A DNA stretch of 64,000 bases from the IMG/VR virus record IMGVR_UViG_3300042145_000066. One strand, given 5' to 3'. Under the pieces are notes generated by a model that was not told the DNA's origin, made no database searches, and saw only the letters and a list, made by a program, of their open reading frames with translations. This DNA comes from an uncultured virus (IMG/VR IMGVR_UViG_3300042145_000066) (Duplodnaviria > Heunggongvirae > Uroviricota > Caudoviricetes). The translations under genes were made by a program, and so were the position numbers. Positions 27,384 to 35,616 of this stretch are shown here, in pieces. Numbering within the stretch: position 1 is the stretch's first letter; each line of letters starts with the position of its first letter.

Positions 27384-27886
27384 CCGCGTCGGAGATAGGC
27401 GTCACCTATGTGCTCACCCACCCGGATTTCAAGTCCGTGAAGGTCGGCGTCACCACCTACGGCTCGCGCCGACGGCGCGACCTGTGGCGTCGGCAAGGGT
27501 GGCTTCCGTACAAGGAACTTCGGTCCGCATCCAAGCCCCTCGCCGAGACGGTCGAGCAAGGAGTCCTACTCCACCTTCGACACGGGCTCGGCATCCCGAT
27601 CCACCTGACGCCTGACCTCATGGCCGAGGGATGGACCGAGACTGTCAGTGCTCGACTAATGAGTCCCGAGGCGGTCTGGGATCTTGTCTGCCTCGAAGGT
27701 GCTGCACTGCAGTTGAGCCCCTCGGTCGGCACCTTCAAGCCGCTGTCGCATCGACCTCCGAAGCACTACCGACGCACCAAGGGCGACACCCCCAAGTACC
27801 ACCCGATCGCTCGCCTGTTGGCCAGCGAAGAGCGCCGAGTGATGCCCAAGTCGACCAAGAATACCCGCCAGAAGGACCCGTCATGA
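27380..27886 (+). CDS. GIY-YIG/T5orf172-like nuclease
   Basis: TYVL.H....VKVGVT....RR....GW...AETVEQ.VL...GWTETV. Confidence 0.6.
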   Translation: MTASEIGVTYVLTHPDFKSVKVGVTTYGSRRRRDLWRRQGWLPYKELRSASKPLAETVEQGVLLHLRHGLGIPIHLTPDLMAEGWTETVSARLMSPEAVWDLVCLEGAALQLSPSVGTFKPLSHRPPKHYRRTKGDTPKYHPIARLLASEERRVMPKSTKNTRQKDPS

Positions 27887-29886
27887 GCCTCGATCAGCAC
27901 CCCGACTTCCCCGCCGGCTGGGACGACAGCAAGGTGATCCCGGGCGAGCTGTACGTGCCCGACGACCTGTCCGGCGAGGACATCGCGCCCGGCATCGTCG
28001 TCCCCTACGAGCACCGTCCGCCCGTCCTGTCGAGGGCGGGCGGGGCGACCATGGTTGCCGCCGCAGCGACCGGCCGGGCGTGCGGGCTGACCGCCCGCTG
28101 GTTCTTCACCGGCGCCGCCTCCGTGTCCGTCCTCGGCTGGCGGTACATCCGCGCCCACGACCTCCAAGAAGTCCTCGGCGGCATGTCGAAGGGCGCCGAC
28201 TGGAACAAGGTCGACATCGTCCGTAAGCGGCGTTGGAAGTTCCTCGGCTGGGCGGCCGGCGTCACCGCCGGGCTGAACCTGGCCGGCTGGTGGGCGCTCG
28301 TGAAGTACGCGGGCATGACCGCCCTCGACTACTCGTGGATGATCCCGCCCGCCCTCACCGCCACCGTCATCGCCACGGCGGTCACCGCCTACGGCCGCTA
28401 CCGGGCCAACAATCCCGGCCTCGCACCCGAGCAGTTCATCGCCGAGCAGGACGACCCCAACAGTGACGAGCCGTTCCCGTTGGCCCTCGCCCAGACGCCC
28501 GACCGGGTCGAGGAGTGCGTGTCCCGGGCTCTCGCCTACGAAGGCATCGGCACCCGCGCGGTGCGGGCGCTCGGTTTCCACGGCAAGTTCTGGGAGATCG
28601 ACGTCGTCCTCAAGGGCGCAACCCCCGGCAAGGTCAACGCGGTCGCCGACCAGCTGGACGTCCACTTCAACATCAAGCACGGCGGCACCCTCGTCGACCC
28701 CGACCCGATGCAGTCCGCCCACATCGTCATGCGCCTCGTCACCGGCAACCCGTTCGAGGACATGCCCAAGCCCGTCGTCCACGCCCCGAACAGCCTCGAC
28801 ATCTCCGACCCGCACAACTTCGGCCGCTGCATGGACAGCTCGTCGCTCGACCTGGTCCTCGAAGGCCTGCGGATCCTCGTCATCGGCGTATCCGGCGCGG
28901 CCAAGTCCACCGGCGTGCTCCGCGACCTGGCGGAGGTCGTCACCGCCTGCCACAACGCGATCGGCCTCGACCTCGACCCGGTCAAGGACGGGCTTCGCGA
29001 GTTCGACGGCGTCATGGCCACCCCGCCGATCCGCGGCAACAAGGCGTGCGAGGAGTGGCTCGGCTACCTGGTGAAGATGGCCAAGGCCCGCAACACGGTC
29101 CGCAACCGGCTCAACATGGGCGACACCTGGGTCGCCACCCGCGACCATCCGGCGATCTTCCCGTTCGTCGACGAGTTCATCTACCTCAGCCCGGCCGCGA
29201 AGGAGCTCTTCATCGAACTCCTCCGCCTGGCCAAGCAGTCCGGGATCTATCCGGTAGCCGCGGGGCAGGACGCAACCTCGGATGCGATGGGTGATGCGAT
29301 CGCCGACTCGTTCACCCTGCAGATCATGCTGGCTTCCCGGTGGGACGACATCCGCATCGTCTTCGGCCAGGGCGCTGCCGCGAAGGGCTTCCGTCCCGAC
29401 CGGCTGGTGCCCGCCCAGAACAAGGACATCAAGAACGACGCTGGCCAGTCGTACATCAAGGGACCGGGCCTGGACCGGCCGCTGCTGTACGGGTGGAACG
29501 AGCACAGCCGCGACGGCATCAAGCGGGCGGTCGAGGACCGCAAGGCCGCGGGCCGGCCGTGGTTCGACCGGGACACGCTGCAGGCGGCCGGGCTGCTGCA
29601 TCTCATGGACGGCGGCTCGGGGGAGAAGCTCATCCCCGGTGACCGGCAGATCGTCGTCGACGCGATCGAGGTCATGGCTGCGACCGGGGTGGAGCGGATC
29701 CGGCCCGAGCCGCTCGCCGAGGCGCTTGTCGGTCTCAACCCGGAGCTCTACGGCGACCTCACGGCAGCCGAACTGCGGAAGCTCCTCCGGGAGGTCGGAG
29801 TCGGTGCACCAGTGCCGATCGGGGACATCGACGGGCTGAAGAACCCGCGCGGCTACAAGCTCGAAGCCCTGACCGTTTTGACCTAG
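27883..29886 (+). CDS. FtsK/SpoIIIE-family conjugative DNA translocase (TraB-like)
   Basis: N-terminal TMs; Walker A GVSGAAKS; Walker B FVDEF; LLRLAKQSGI..VAAGQ; C-terminal wHTH-like region ending NPRGYK. Confidence 0.8.
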   Translation: MSLDQHPDFPAGWDDSKVIPGELYVPDDLSGEDIAPGIVVPYEHRPPVLSRAGGATMVAAAATGRACGLTARWFFTGAASVSVLGWRYIRAHDLQEVLGGMSKGADWNKVDIVRKRRWKFLGWAAGVTAGLNLAGWWALVKYAGMTALDYSWMIPPALTATVIATAVTAYGRYRANNPGLAPEQFIAEQDDPNSDEPFPLALAQTPDRVEECVSRALAYEGIGTRAVRALGFHGKFWEIDVVLKGATPGKVNAVADQLDVHFNIKHGGTLVDPDPMQSAHIVMRLVTGNPFEDMPKPVVHAPNSLDISDPHNFGRCMDSSSLDLVLEGLRILVIGVSGAAKSTGVLRDLAEVVTACHNAIGLDLDPVKDGLREFDGVMATPPIRGNKACEEWLGYLVKMAKARNTVRNRLNMGDTWVATRDHPAIFPFVDEFIYLSPAAKELFIELLRLAKQSGIYPVAAGQDATSDAMGDAIADSFTLQIMLASRWDDIRIVFGQGAAAKGFRPDRLVPAQNKDIKNDAGQSYIKGPGLDRPLLYGWNEHSRDGIKRAVEDRKAAGRPWFDRDTLQAAGLLHLMDGGSGEKLIPGDRQIVVDAIEVMAATGVERIRPEPLAEALVGLNPELYGDLTAAELRKLLREVGVGAPVPIGDIDGLKNPRGYKLEALTVLT

Positions 29887-29894
29887 AAGGTCCA

Positions 29895-30047
29895 CTGCTC
29901 GCGGGGTGCTCGGCACTGCTCGACCGCAGGTCACAGCTGCTCGACCAGGTGCTCGCCCAACTGCTCGCCGAAATCCCGAGCACCCCGCGAGCAGCTGTCT
30001 GAGCGGCTCTGACCTGCGGTCGAGCACCAGCGAGCACCCACCGAGCA
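29895..30047. repeat. clt-like locus: 6x TGCTCG plus 5x inverted CGAGCA, two interleaved long inverted repeats
   Basis: 19-bp IR 29895-29913/29976-29994; 17-bp IR 29917-29933/30010-30026; immediately after traB stop. Confidence 0.8.
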
Positions 30048-30093
30048 CTTCACAAACCACCATAAACCGATCACCCGCCCGAGGAGCCCGATC

Positions 30094-30867
30094 ATGGCCG
30101 CGAAGACGTCGACCGCCCGCAAGCGGACCACCGCGCGCCGCAAAACCGCCACCCGCGCCCGCCACCCCGCAACCCGCGTCAAAATCCCCCGCCGCGGCCC
30201 ACTCCACGCCCGCCTCAGCAGCTGGCTCGTCCTCCGCGTCATCGTCCCCGCGGTCACCGATCACCGCGACGTCGTCCGCTCCCGCAAGGACGCCGCCATC
30301 CTCCGTGCCACCCACCAGGGCTGCCCCAAGTGCCACGGCAACGGACAGATCTTCACCAAGGGCAAAGACGGATCCTTCACCGGCTCCAAGCCCTGCCCCG
30401 CACCCGCCACCAAACAGAAAGTGTCCCGCTGGGAGATCAACAAAGCCGCCCGCAGCATCGACAAAAACACCGGCCTCATCGGCTGGGCCTGCCCCTGCGG
30501 CAAGAAAGAAAAGCCCCGCTACCGCGACGCCAAACTCGCCACCAAAGCCCTGCGCACCCACGAACGTCAGAAGCACGGCGGCAAGTCCGTCGGCGGCGCC
30601 TGGTACGCCCAGACCACCGACGCCAGCGCGCAGGCCGGCCAGAAGCAGGCCGAGCCCGTGCCGTCCAAAGTAGTCACCGACTCCGGCCTCACCGACGAAC
30701 AGTGGGTCAAAAAGAACAAGAAGATCCACCCCGGCAAAGCCATAGCCCAAGGCAAGTGCTGGATGTGCGCCGGAGAAGGCAAACTCCACGGCGCATTCGG
30801 CGGCGAACAGATCCTCGCCGTCTGCCCCACCTGTACCGGCAACGGCAAAGCCCCGATCGCAGCCTAG
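30094..30867 (+). CDS. Basic protein with DnaJ-type CxxCxGxG zinc fingers
   Basis: CPKCHGNG, CWMCAGEG, CPTCTGNG; WACPCG..HERQKH. Confidence 0.75.
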   Translation: MAAKTSTARKRTTARRKTATRARHPATRVKIPRRGPLHARLSSWLVLRVIVPAVTDHRDVVRSRKDAAILRATHQGCPKCHGNGQIFTKGKDGSFTGSKPCPAPATKQKVSRWEINKAARSIDKNTGLIGWACPCGKKEKPRYRDAKLATKALRTHERQKHGGKSVGGAWYAQTTDASAQAGQKQAEPVPSKVVTDSGLTDEQWVKKNKKIHPGKAIAQGKCWMCAGEGKLHGAFGGEQILAVCPTCTGNGKAPIAA

Positions 30868-30885
30868 AAAGGAACCCAAGCCGCC

Positions 30886-31401
30886 ATGACCATCCTGCCC
30901 GAGCCGCCCGCCGCCCCCGCGGCCGGGCAGGCCCACATCCCGCTCACCGACGCCGTCATCAGCGCCGCCATCGACGACGCCATCGAGAAGGCGAAGAAGC
31001 ACGGCACCACGCCTCAAGTCGTCATCGGCAACACGCCGCCCGCCGCCCAGCCCGACAGCCGGATCGTCCCCCAATGGGCCGTCGGTATCGCCGTCGCCTC
31101 CATCGGCGTCGGTGCCGGAGTCACCGGCCTGGGCTGCGCCGCCTGGCTCGTACTCAAGGGCATGTCCCTGGTGATCCACAGCCTGGAGTCCGTGACCCTG
31201 CTCGGAGTCCTGGCGGTCGCTACCCCGTTCGCCGGGTTCGCCATGACCGCCACCGCCATCGGCTGCCTCATCAGCAAAGCCAAGAAGGCCACCATGCCCG
31301 AGGTCAACAACCACACCTACACCGGCAACGTCTACCAGCAGCACACCGAGACGAACAGCCGCAGCATCTGGAACAAGAACACCAACCAGCCGTACCCGTA
31401 A
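30886..31401 (+). CDS. Spd-like membrane protein
   Basis: AAAGGA RBS; two TM segments, Pro-rich N-terminus. Confidence 0.7.
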   Translation: MTILPEPPAAPAAGQAHIPLTDAVISAAIDDAIEKAKKHGTTPQVVIGNTPPAAQPDSRIVPQWAVGIAVASIGVGAGVTGLGCAAWLVLKGMSLVIHSLESVTLLGVLAVATPFAGFAMTATAIGCLISKAKKATMPEVNNHTYTGNVYQQHTETNSRSIWNKNTNQPYP

Positions 31402-31411
31402 AGGAGACCCC

Positions 31412-31855
31412 GTGCCCGCCGCCACCGACCCGCAGTTACGCGACCACCTCGCCGCGCTCACCGGGCAGATCGCCCGCTGCGACAGCAAGGCCGCCCTGCT
31501 CCTCGCCCTCACCGGCACCAGCCTCGCCGGCGCACTGTCCGTCGCCGCCACCACCCGCCCCGGACCGGCTGTACTCGCCGTCGGCGGCGTCGGCGCCGCA
31601 CTCCTCCTCGCGGCCACCCTGCTGCTCCTCGCCGTCGTCCGCCCCAACCTCGGCGGTCCCGGCTGGCCGCGCTGGCCCGAGATGAACGACGAGCAACTCC
31701 GGGAGGCCCTGGGCGGCGGGCAGCGCCTGGACGAGGCGCGCACCCTTGCCGCGCTCGCCCGCCGCAAGTTCGAACGCGTCCGCACCGCAGTCGACTGCGC
31801 CCGCGCCGGCATCACGCTCCTCGCGACAGCCGCCGCAGTAGCCGTCACCGCATAG
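31412..31855 (+). CDS. Pycsar-effector-like (DUF5706) TM protein
   Basis: IARCDSKAALLL...LLAVVRP.L...LAALARRKF. Confidence 0.75.
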   Translation: MPAATDPQLRDHLAALTGQIARCDSKAALLLALTGTSLAGALSVAATTRPGPAVLAVGGVGAALLLAATLLLLAVVRPNLGGPGWPRWPEMNDEQLREALGGGQRLDEARTLAALARRKFERVRTAVDCARAGITLLATAAAVAVTA

Positions 31856-31895
31856 CCGACACCCCACGACCAACAAGAGAACCGAGGAGAACCCC

Positions 31896-32114
31896 ATGTG
31901 CCAGAGCACACCCACCACCAGCTACGGCTACGAACTGCGCCCCGGCGACGAAGCTGCCCCGGACGACACCCCGGTCTGCTGCGGCGACGACATGACCGGC
32001 AAGGACACCGGTGACGGCTACCGCGACTGGACGTGCGGCGACTGCGGAACCGTCGTCACGGTCGACCAGGAAGCCGAGATGGTCTTCGACAACCGCGAGA
32101 AGCAGCCCGCCTGA
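31896..32114 (+). CDS. Small Zn-ribbon protein
   Basis: GAGGAG RBS; PVCCG...WTCGDCG. Confidence 0.65.
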   Translation: MCQSTPTTSYGYELRPGDEAAPDDTPVCCGDDMTGKDTGDGYRDWTCGDCGTVVTVDQEAEMVFDNREKQPA

Positions 32115-32309
32115 TCAGCCCGCACCGTTAGGCCCCGGCCCACCAGCCGGGGCCTTCGTCGTGGGCACCGCGCGTGCGATCCAGCCCCGGCCTGTGCCCG
32201 CGGTCGGCAGGATCGTCGGCCGCGCACCCAACGCCGCACACAGGCGATCCAACGCATCCTGGCAGGCCTGTTCGGTGTCCGCCCTCACCATGTACGACAG
32301 TTCGCCCAT
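32115..32309 (-). CDS. Small hypothetical protein
   Basis: MGELSYMVRADTEQACQDALDRLC..GRGWIARA. Confidence 0.5.
   Translation of the reverse strand: MGELSYMVRADTEQACQDALDRLCAALGARPTILPTAGTGRGWIARAVPTTKAPAGGPGPNGAG
32130..32156 (+). terminator. Hairpin ending the transfer operon
   Basis: aggccccggc-ccacca-gccggggcctt. Confidence 0.5.
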
Positions 32310-32443
32310 GAGTTGAGTGTGGCGGCCGGCGTGGGGGAGTGAGACCCCTTCGAGGGAAGACGGGGATCCAGGCCGTTCGGCGTGCAACCATCCACCGTCT
32401 TTACGTGTCCTTCACATTCACAGCACACTTCCCTGGGGGGACC

Positions 32444-33058
32444 ATGGACCAGCAGTACCCGCAGCAGCCCCAACAGCCCAACTGGGGGCAGCAGCCCACA
32501 CAGCCCGGCTACGGCTACCCGCCCCAGCAGCCCTACGGGCAGCCGCCGTTCCAGCCGCAGCCGCCGAAGAAGCGCAACGTCGGCAAAATCATCGGCATCA
32601 CCGCGAGCGTGTTCGTCGGCCTCATCGTCATCGGCGCCATCGCCGGAGGTGGAAACGACTCCGCCAAGGACGACAGCAGCAAGGACAAGGCGGTCGCCGC
32701 CACCAGCGACAAGCCCAAGGCCGCGGCCGAAGAGCCCGCCACGGACGACAAGCCCGCCGAAAAGCCGGCCGAGGACAAGAGCCAGGCCGAGCAGTTCAAG
32801 GACTGCGTCAACAAGTCCGGCACCGCACCCGAGAAGACGGCCGTCGGCCACGTCACCAAGGTGACCGGCGCCGACAAGAACAACGACATCCTCGACGCCG
32901 CCGAGGTCTTCACCGACTTCAAGGGCGGGTTCATGAGCGAGAACAACGGTGACGCGAAGCTGATCGCGTCGGCGTTCGCGTCCTGCTACGAGTCGAAGAA
33001 CGGGCTCGTCACCGTGTACGGATCCGACGGCGACATGATCTCCAACGGCAACTACTAG
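32444..33058 (+). CDS. Single-TM membrane protein with Gln/Pro-rich cytoplasmic tail (moron)
   Basis: QQP repeats, KKR+TM, extracytoplasmic domain with two Cys; own terminator. Confidence 0.85.
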   Translation: MDQQYPQQPQQPNWGQQPTQPGYGYPPQQPYGQPPFQPQPPKKRNVGKIIGITASVFVGLIVIGAIAGGGNDSAKDDSSKDKAVAATSDKPKAAAEEPATDDKPAEKPAEDKSQAEQFKDCVNKSGTAPEKTAVGHVTKVTGADKNNDILDAAEVFTDFKGGFMSENNGDAKLIASAFASCYESKNGLVTVYGSDGDMISNGNY

Positions 33059-33072
33059 CCCACCCCAGGGAG

Positions 33073-33104
33073 AGGCCCGGTCGTCCCCGTGGACGGCCGG
33101 GCCT
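33073..33104. terminator. Intrinsic terminator
   Basis: aggcccggtcgtcc-ccgt-ggacggccgggcct. Confidence 0.7.
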
Positions 33105-33107
33105 TCC

Positions 33108-33296
33108 TCACTTCCGGCGCGGTTGGTTCAGCGCTGCAAGGAAGTCCTCGGCGTAGCGCTCGTCGGCGCCCGGTGGGAGCTCAACCCAGCCGGGTGACAG
33201 GATCACGGGCCCCTCGCCGGGGTGAAGAGGCGGGCGCTCTGGCATCGTGCCGCCGCTGCGGCGGAAGAGGCGGCGAAGGTGACGGGTCAGGCTCAT
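33108..33296 (-). CDS. Small hypothetical protein
   Basis: GGAGA RBS on - strand, converges on terminator. Confidence 0.4.
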   Translation of the reverse strand: MSLTRHLRRLFRRSGGTMPERPPLHPGEGPVILSPGWVELPPGADERYAEDFLAALNQPRRK

Positions 33297-33414
33297 GCCG
33301 CAAGTCTCCCAGACGCCCGCCACTGTGCCGTCGGCCCCGAGTGTCAACCCCTCATGCCACCATTGGCTCAAAGGTTGACTGCTTCCCCGTACCACCGCCG
33401 AGGAGAGCTGAGCC

Positions 33415-34188
33415 GTGAACGACCGCACCCCGAAGCCATGCCCCGGCCCCTGCAACAACGCCTGGAGGCGCGCCGCTGCCGCTGCCGCAGAGGATGGCGC
33501 CGAGAACTACATCAGCCCCGCCTGGGGTCAGCCCGTCCAGTGCTACGGCTGCGTTGACCGCGGACACGCCCAGCTCACCGAACTCCCCGAACTCCTGACA
33601 GCCGTTCACCTCGAAGCGCTCTACGGGACGCCCGCGAAACTCACCGGAACGATCGGCCGGGTCGGCGCACCTGTCTGGCCAGGGCAGGCATCCCGGCTCC
33701 TCCTCGACCGCATCCTCGGAGAAATGGAGGAGCTCGCCAGCGACATCCGAGACCTCCGCGGACTCAACGTGCCGGCGCCCCTATTCGGCCTCAACCAGAT
33801 AGCCCGAGCCCGGGCAACCGGCAGCACCCAACCCGCCCAAGAAGGCCGCCGCATCACCGACGCGGTCGCCCTGCTCGGCGCCCACTGGGAATGGGTCATG
33901 CAGCATCACCCCGCCGCAGCAGAACCCCACGACCGCGACAACGCGAACCCCGGCGGACAGGTCGCAGGCTGGCACCGGTCCGCGCAGGTCTTCACCAGCC
34001 ACAACAACCCGCGCGTCCAGATGGCAGCCCCGTGCCCGCGCTGCCAGTTGAAGACCCTTGCCCACAGCAACGGCGAGTCGTACATCTCCTGCCGCAACCC
34101 CGAATGCGAAGTCCTACTGTCCCGCGAGGAGTACGACGAGCGCACCAAGCAGATAGCGAACGCGATCATCATCGATCACGCCGCTTGA
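33415..34188 (+). CDS. Zn-finger phage protein, probable late regulator (Q-like position)
   Basis: CPGPC, CYGC, PCPRC...CRNPEC; directly upstream of promoter plus hairpin. Confidence 0.7.
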   Translation: MNDRTPKPCPGPCNNAWRRAAAAAAEDGAENYISPAWGQPVQCYGCVDRGHAQLTELPELLTAVHLEALYGTPAKLTGTIGRVGAPVWPGQASRLLLDRILGEMEELASDIRDLRGLNVPAPLFGLNQIARARATGSTQPAQEGRRITDAVALLGAHWEWVMQHHPAAAEPHDRDNANPGGQVAGWHRSAQVFTSHNNPRVQMAAPCPRCQLKTLAHSNGESYISCRNPECEVLLSREEYDERTKQIANAIIIDHAA

Positions 34189-34270
34189 CCGTGATCGCGT
34201 TTTGTGTCAGATTTCTGCACGGACCACTATGTCCACGGCAGGCCCCGCAGTCACACGACGCGGGGCCTTT
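34185..34270 (+). promoter_or_regulatory. Putative late promoter followed by terminator
   Basis: TTGACC-17-CAGATT then aggccccgc..gcggggccttt. Confidence 0.6.
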
Positions 34271-34295
34271 GGCATACCCGAGGGGGTGGCTAACC

Positions 34296-34517
34296 GTGGT
34301 CGAACTCGACGGGGACCTCACCCGCAAGACCTGGACCGTCCCCGAAGCCGCTGAAGCAGCAGGCGTTGGACGAGACGTCATCTACCAGTGGAAGCGCCGA
34401 GGCAAGCTCAAGCCCGTCAACCCCGGCCGCGGACGCCCCCGATTCCGCGCCCTCGACGTGTTGAAGGCCGAAGCCTCCACGCGTGAACGGGCTGGCCGAT
34501 CAGCCTTGGCCGCCTGA
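34296..34517 (+). CDS. MerR/excisionase-like HTH protein
   Basis: TVPEAAEAAGVGRDVIYQWKRRGKL...RFRALDV. Confidence 0.8.
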   Translation: MVELDGDLTRKTWTVPEAAEAAGVGRDVIYQWKRRGKLKPVNPGRGRPRFRALDVLKAEASTRERAGRSALAA

Positions 34518-34632
34518 ACCCCTGCGCGCGGTGGCAGTTGCGCAGGACGGCCCTCGAAGCGCTCCGCGCTCGGGCCACCGTCCGCCCGGCCCTGGGGAGG
34601 CGCCGGGCGGACACAAACCCCAGGGGGTGTCG

Positions 34633-34839
34633 ATGGGCGATCGTGCTGTCTTCGCGCCGCGCGAACCGTCGCAGCGCAAGTCGACGTGGATGGACCGTCA
34701 AGGCGCGGCCTACTGGATCGGCTACGCGGTGAACGAACCTCGGGACTTCGCCTACTGTGCACCTCGCCGTATCGCCTGCCGCCTCTTCGGATGGCACAAC
34801 GTCACCTGCCGAGGACGTCTCGACCACCCACGCCGATAG
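34633..34839 (+). CDS. Hypothetical protein
   Basis: AGGGGG RBS; CRLFGWH. Confidence 0.5.
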   Translation: MGDRAVFAPREPSQRKSTWMDRQGAAYWIGYAVNEPRDFAYCAPRRIACRLFGWHNVTCRGRLDHPRR

Positions 34840-34849
34840 AGGAGGCGTG

Positions 34850-35110
34850 ATGCCGGACGCGATCTACCGCTACGAGATCCCCGTCGATGACCGCTGGCAT
34901 CCGCTGCAGCTCTCCGGGCGGATCGTGCACGTCGGCTGCCGCAACATGCACGCAGTCGAAGTCTGGGCCATCCACACCGGCGACCCCGTCGAGACCCGCA
35001 GCTTCCGCGTCTACGGCACCGGGCACCCGCTACCGCCCGACGTCCAGCACATCGGCACCGCCATCGCACCCGGCGGGCAACTCGTCTGGCACCTGCTCGA
35101 AACCGCATAG
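34850..35110 (+). CDS. Conserved small phage protein
   Basis: GGAGG RBS; FRVYGTGHP...HIGTA...LVWHL. Confidence 0.75.
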   Translation: MPDAIYRYEIPVDDRWHPLQLSGRIVHVGCRNMHAVEVWAIHTGDPVETRSFRVYGTGHPLPPDVQHIGTAIAPGGQLVWHLLETA

Positions 35111-35215
35111 CCCGGGGCTGGCCGCTCACTCCGAGCCCCGATCGTCCCGCCGCCCAACCATCCCCCCGTCACGGGCGGCGGGACCCCAACACGTCACGCC
35201 AGGAGGGCAGTAGTC

Positions 35216-35605
35216 ATCGCTGACAACATCACGGACGTCGCCGAGAGTCTGCTGCTGAACTGGCTGCACGGCGTCGGCACACCCACCCGCCCGACGACCC
35301 CGCTCAAGGTCGCTCTGGTCACCGCCAACGGATCCGACAGTGCGGCCGGGACCGAGGTGACCGGCGGCAGCTATGCCCGGCAGGACATCACTCTCACCTC
35401 GTCCACCGGCGGTTCCGGGGTCTCCAACGACGCCGACATCCTGTTCACCGGCATGCCCGCCTGCACGGTCGTCGGCATTGAGATCTACGACTCCGCAGGT
35501 ACGCCCGTCCGGCTCTGGCACGGGGCGCTCGCGTCGAGCAAGACGCTCGCTGCCAACGATGAGTTCAAACTGGCTGCCGGAGACGTCGATCTACTTCTCC
35601 AGTGA
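35216..35605 (+). CDS. Virion structural/fibre-associated protein, copy 1 (probable ATC start)
   Basis: Colinear with 36906..37292 from the first codon; AGGAGG 9 nt upstream of ATC. Confidence 0.75.
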   Translation: MADNITDVAESLLLNWLHGVGTPTRPTTPLKVALVTANGSDSAAGTEVTGGSYARQDITLTSSTGGSGVSNDADILFTGMPACTVVGIEIYDSAGTPVRLWHGALASSKTLAANDEFKLAAGDVDLLLQ

Positions 35606-35616
35606 GGTGAGCCCCG

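Larger units (their letters stand above)
22154..32160 (+). mobile_element. Streptomyces plasmid/AICE-type conjugative transfer module embedded in the phage
   Basis: FtsK/TraB, Spd-like membrane genes, clt-like repeats, Pycsar-effector-like gene; no integrase or rep inside. Confidence 0.75.

Noticed and set aside
29895..30047. Possible CRISPR array
   Set aside because: Repeats are only 6-7 bp with short irregular spacing and inverted copies; no cas genes
31412..31855. Complete Pycsar defence system
   Set aside because: No cyclase gene nearby
27766..31911. 1381-aa reverse-strand ORF
   Set aside because: Antisense shadow of the traB-spd genes in high-GC DNA; no motifs
22154..33104. Autonomous AICE insertion
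   Set aside because: No integrase, excisionase-rep cluster, tRNA target or flanking direct repeat that I could see; cannot be fully excluded by eye
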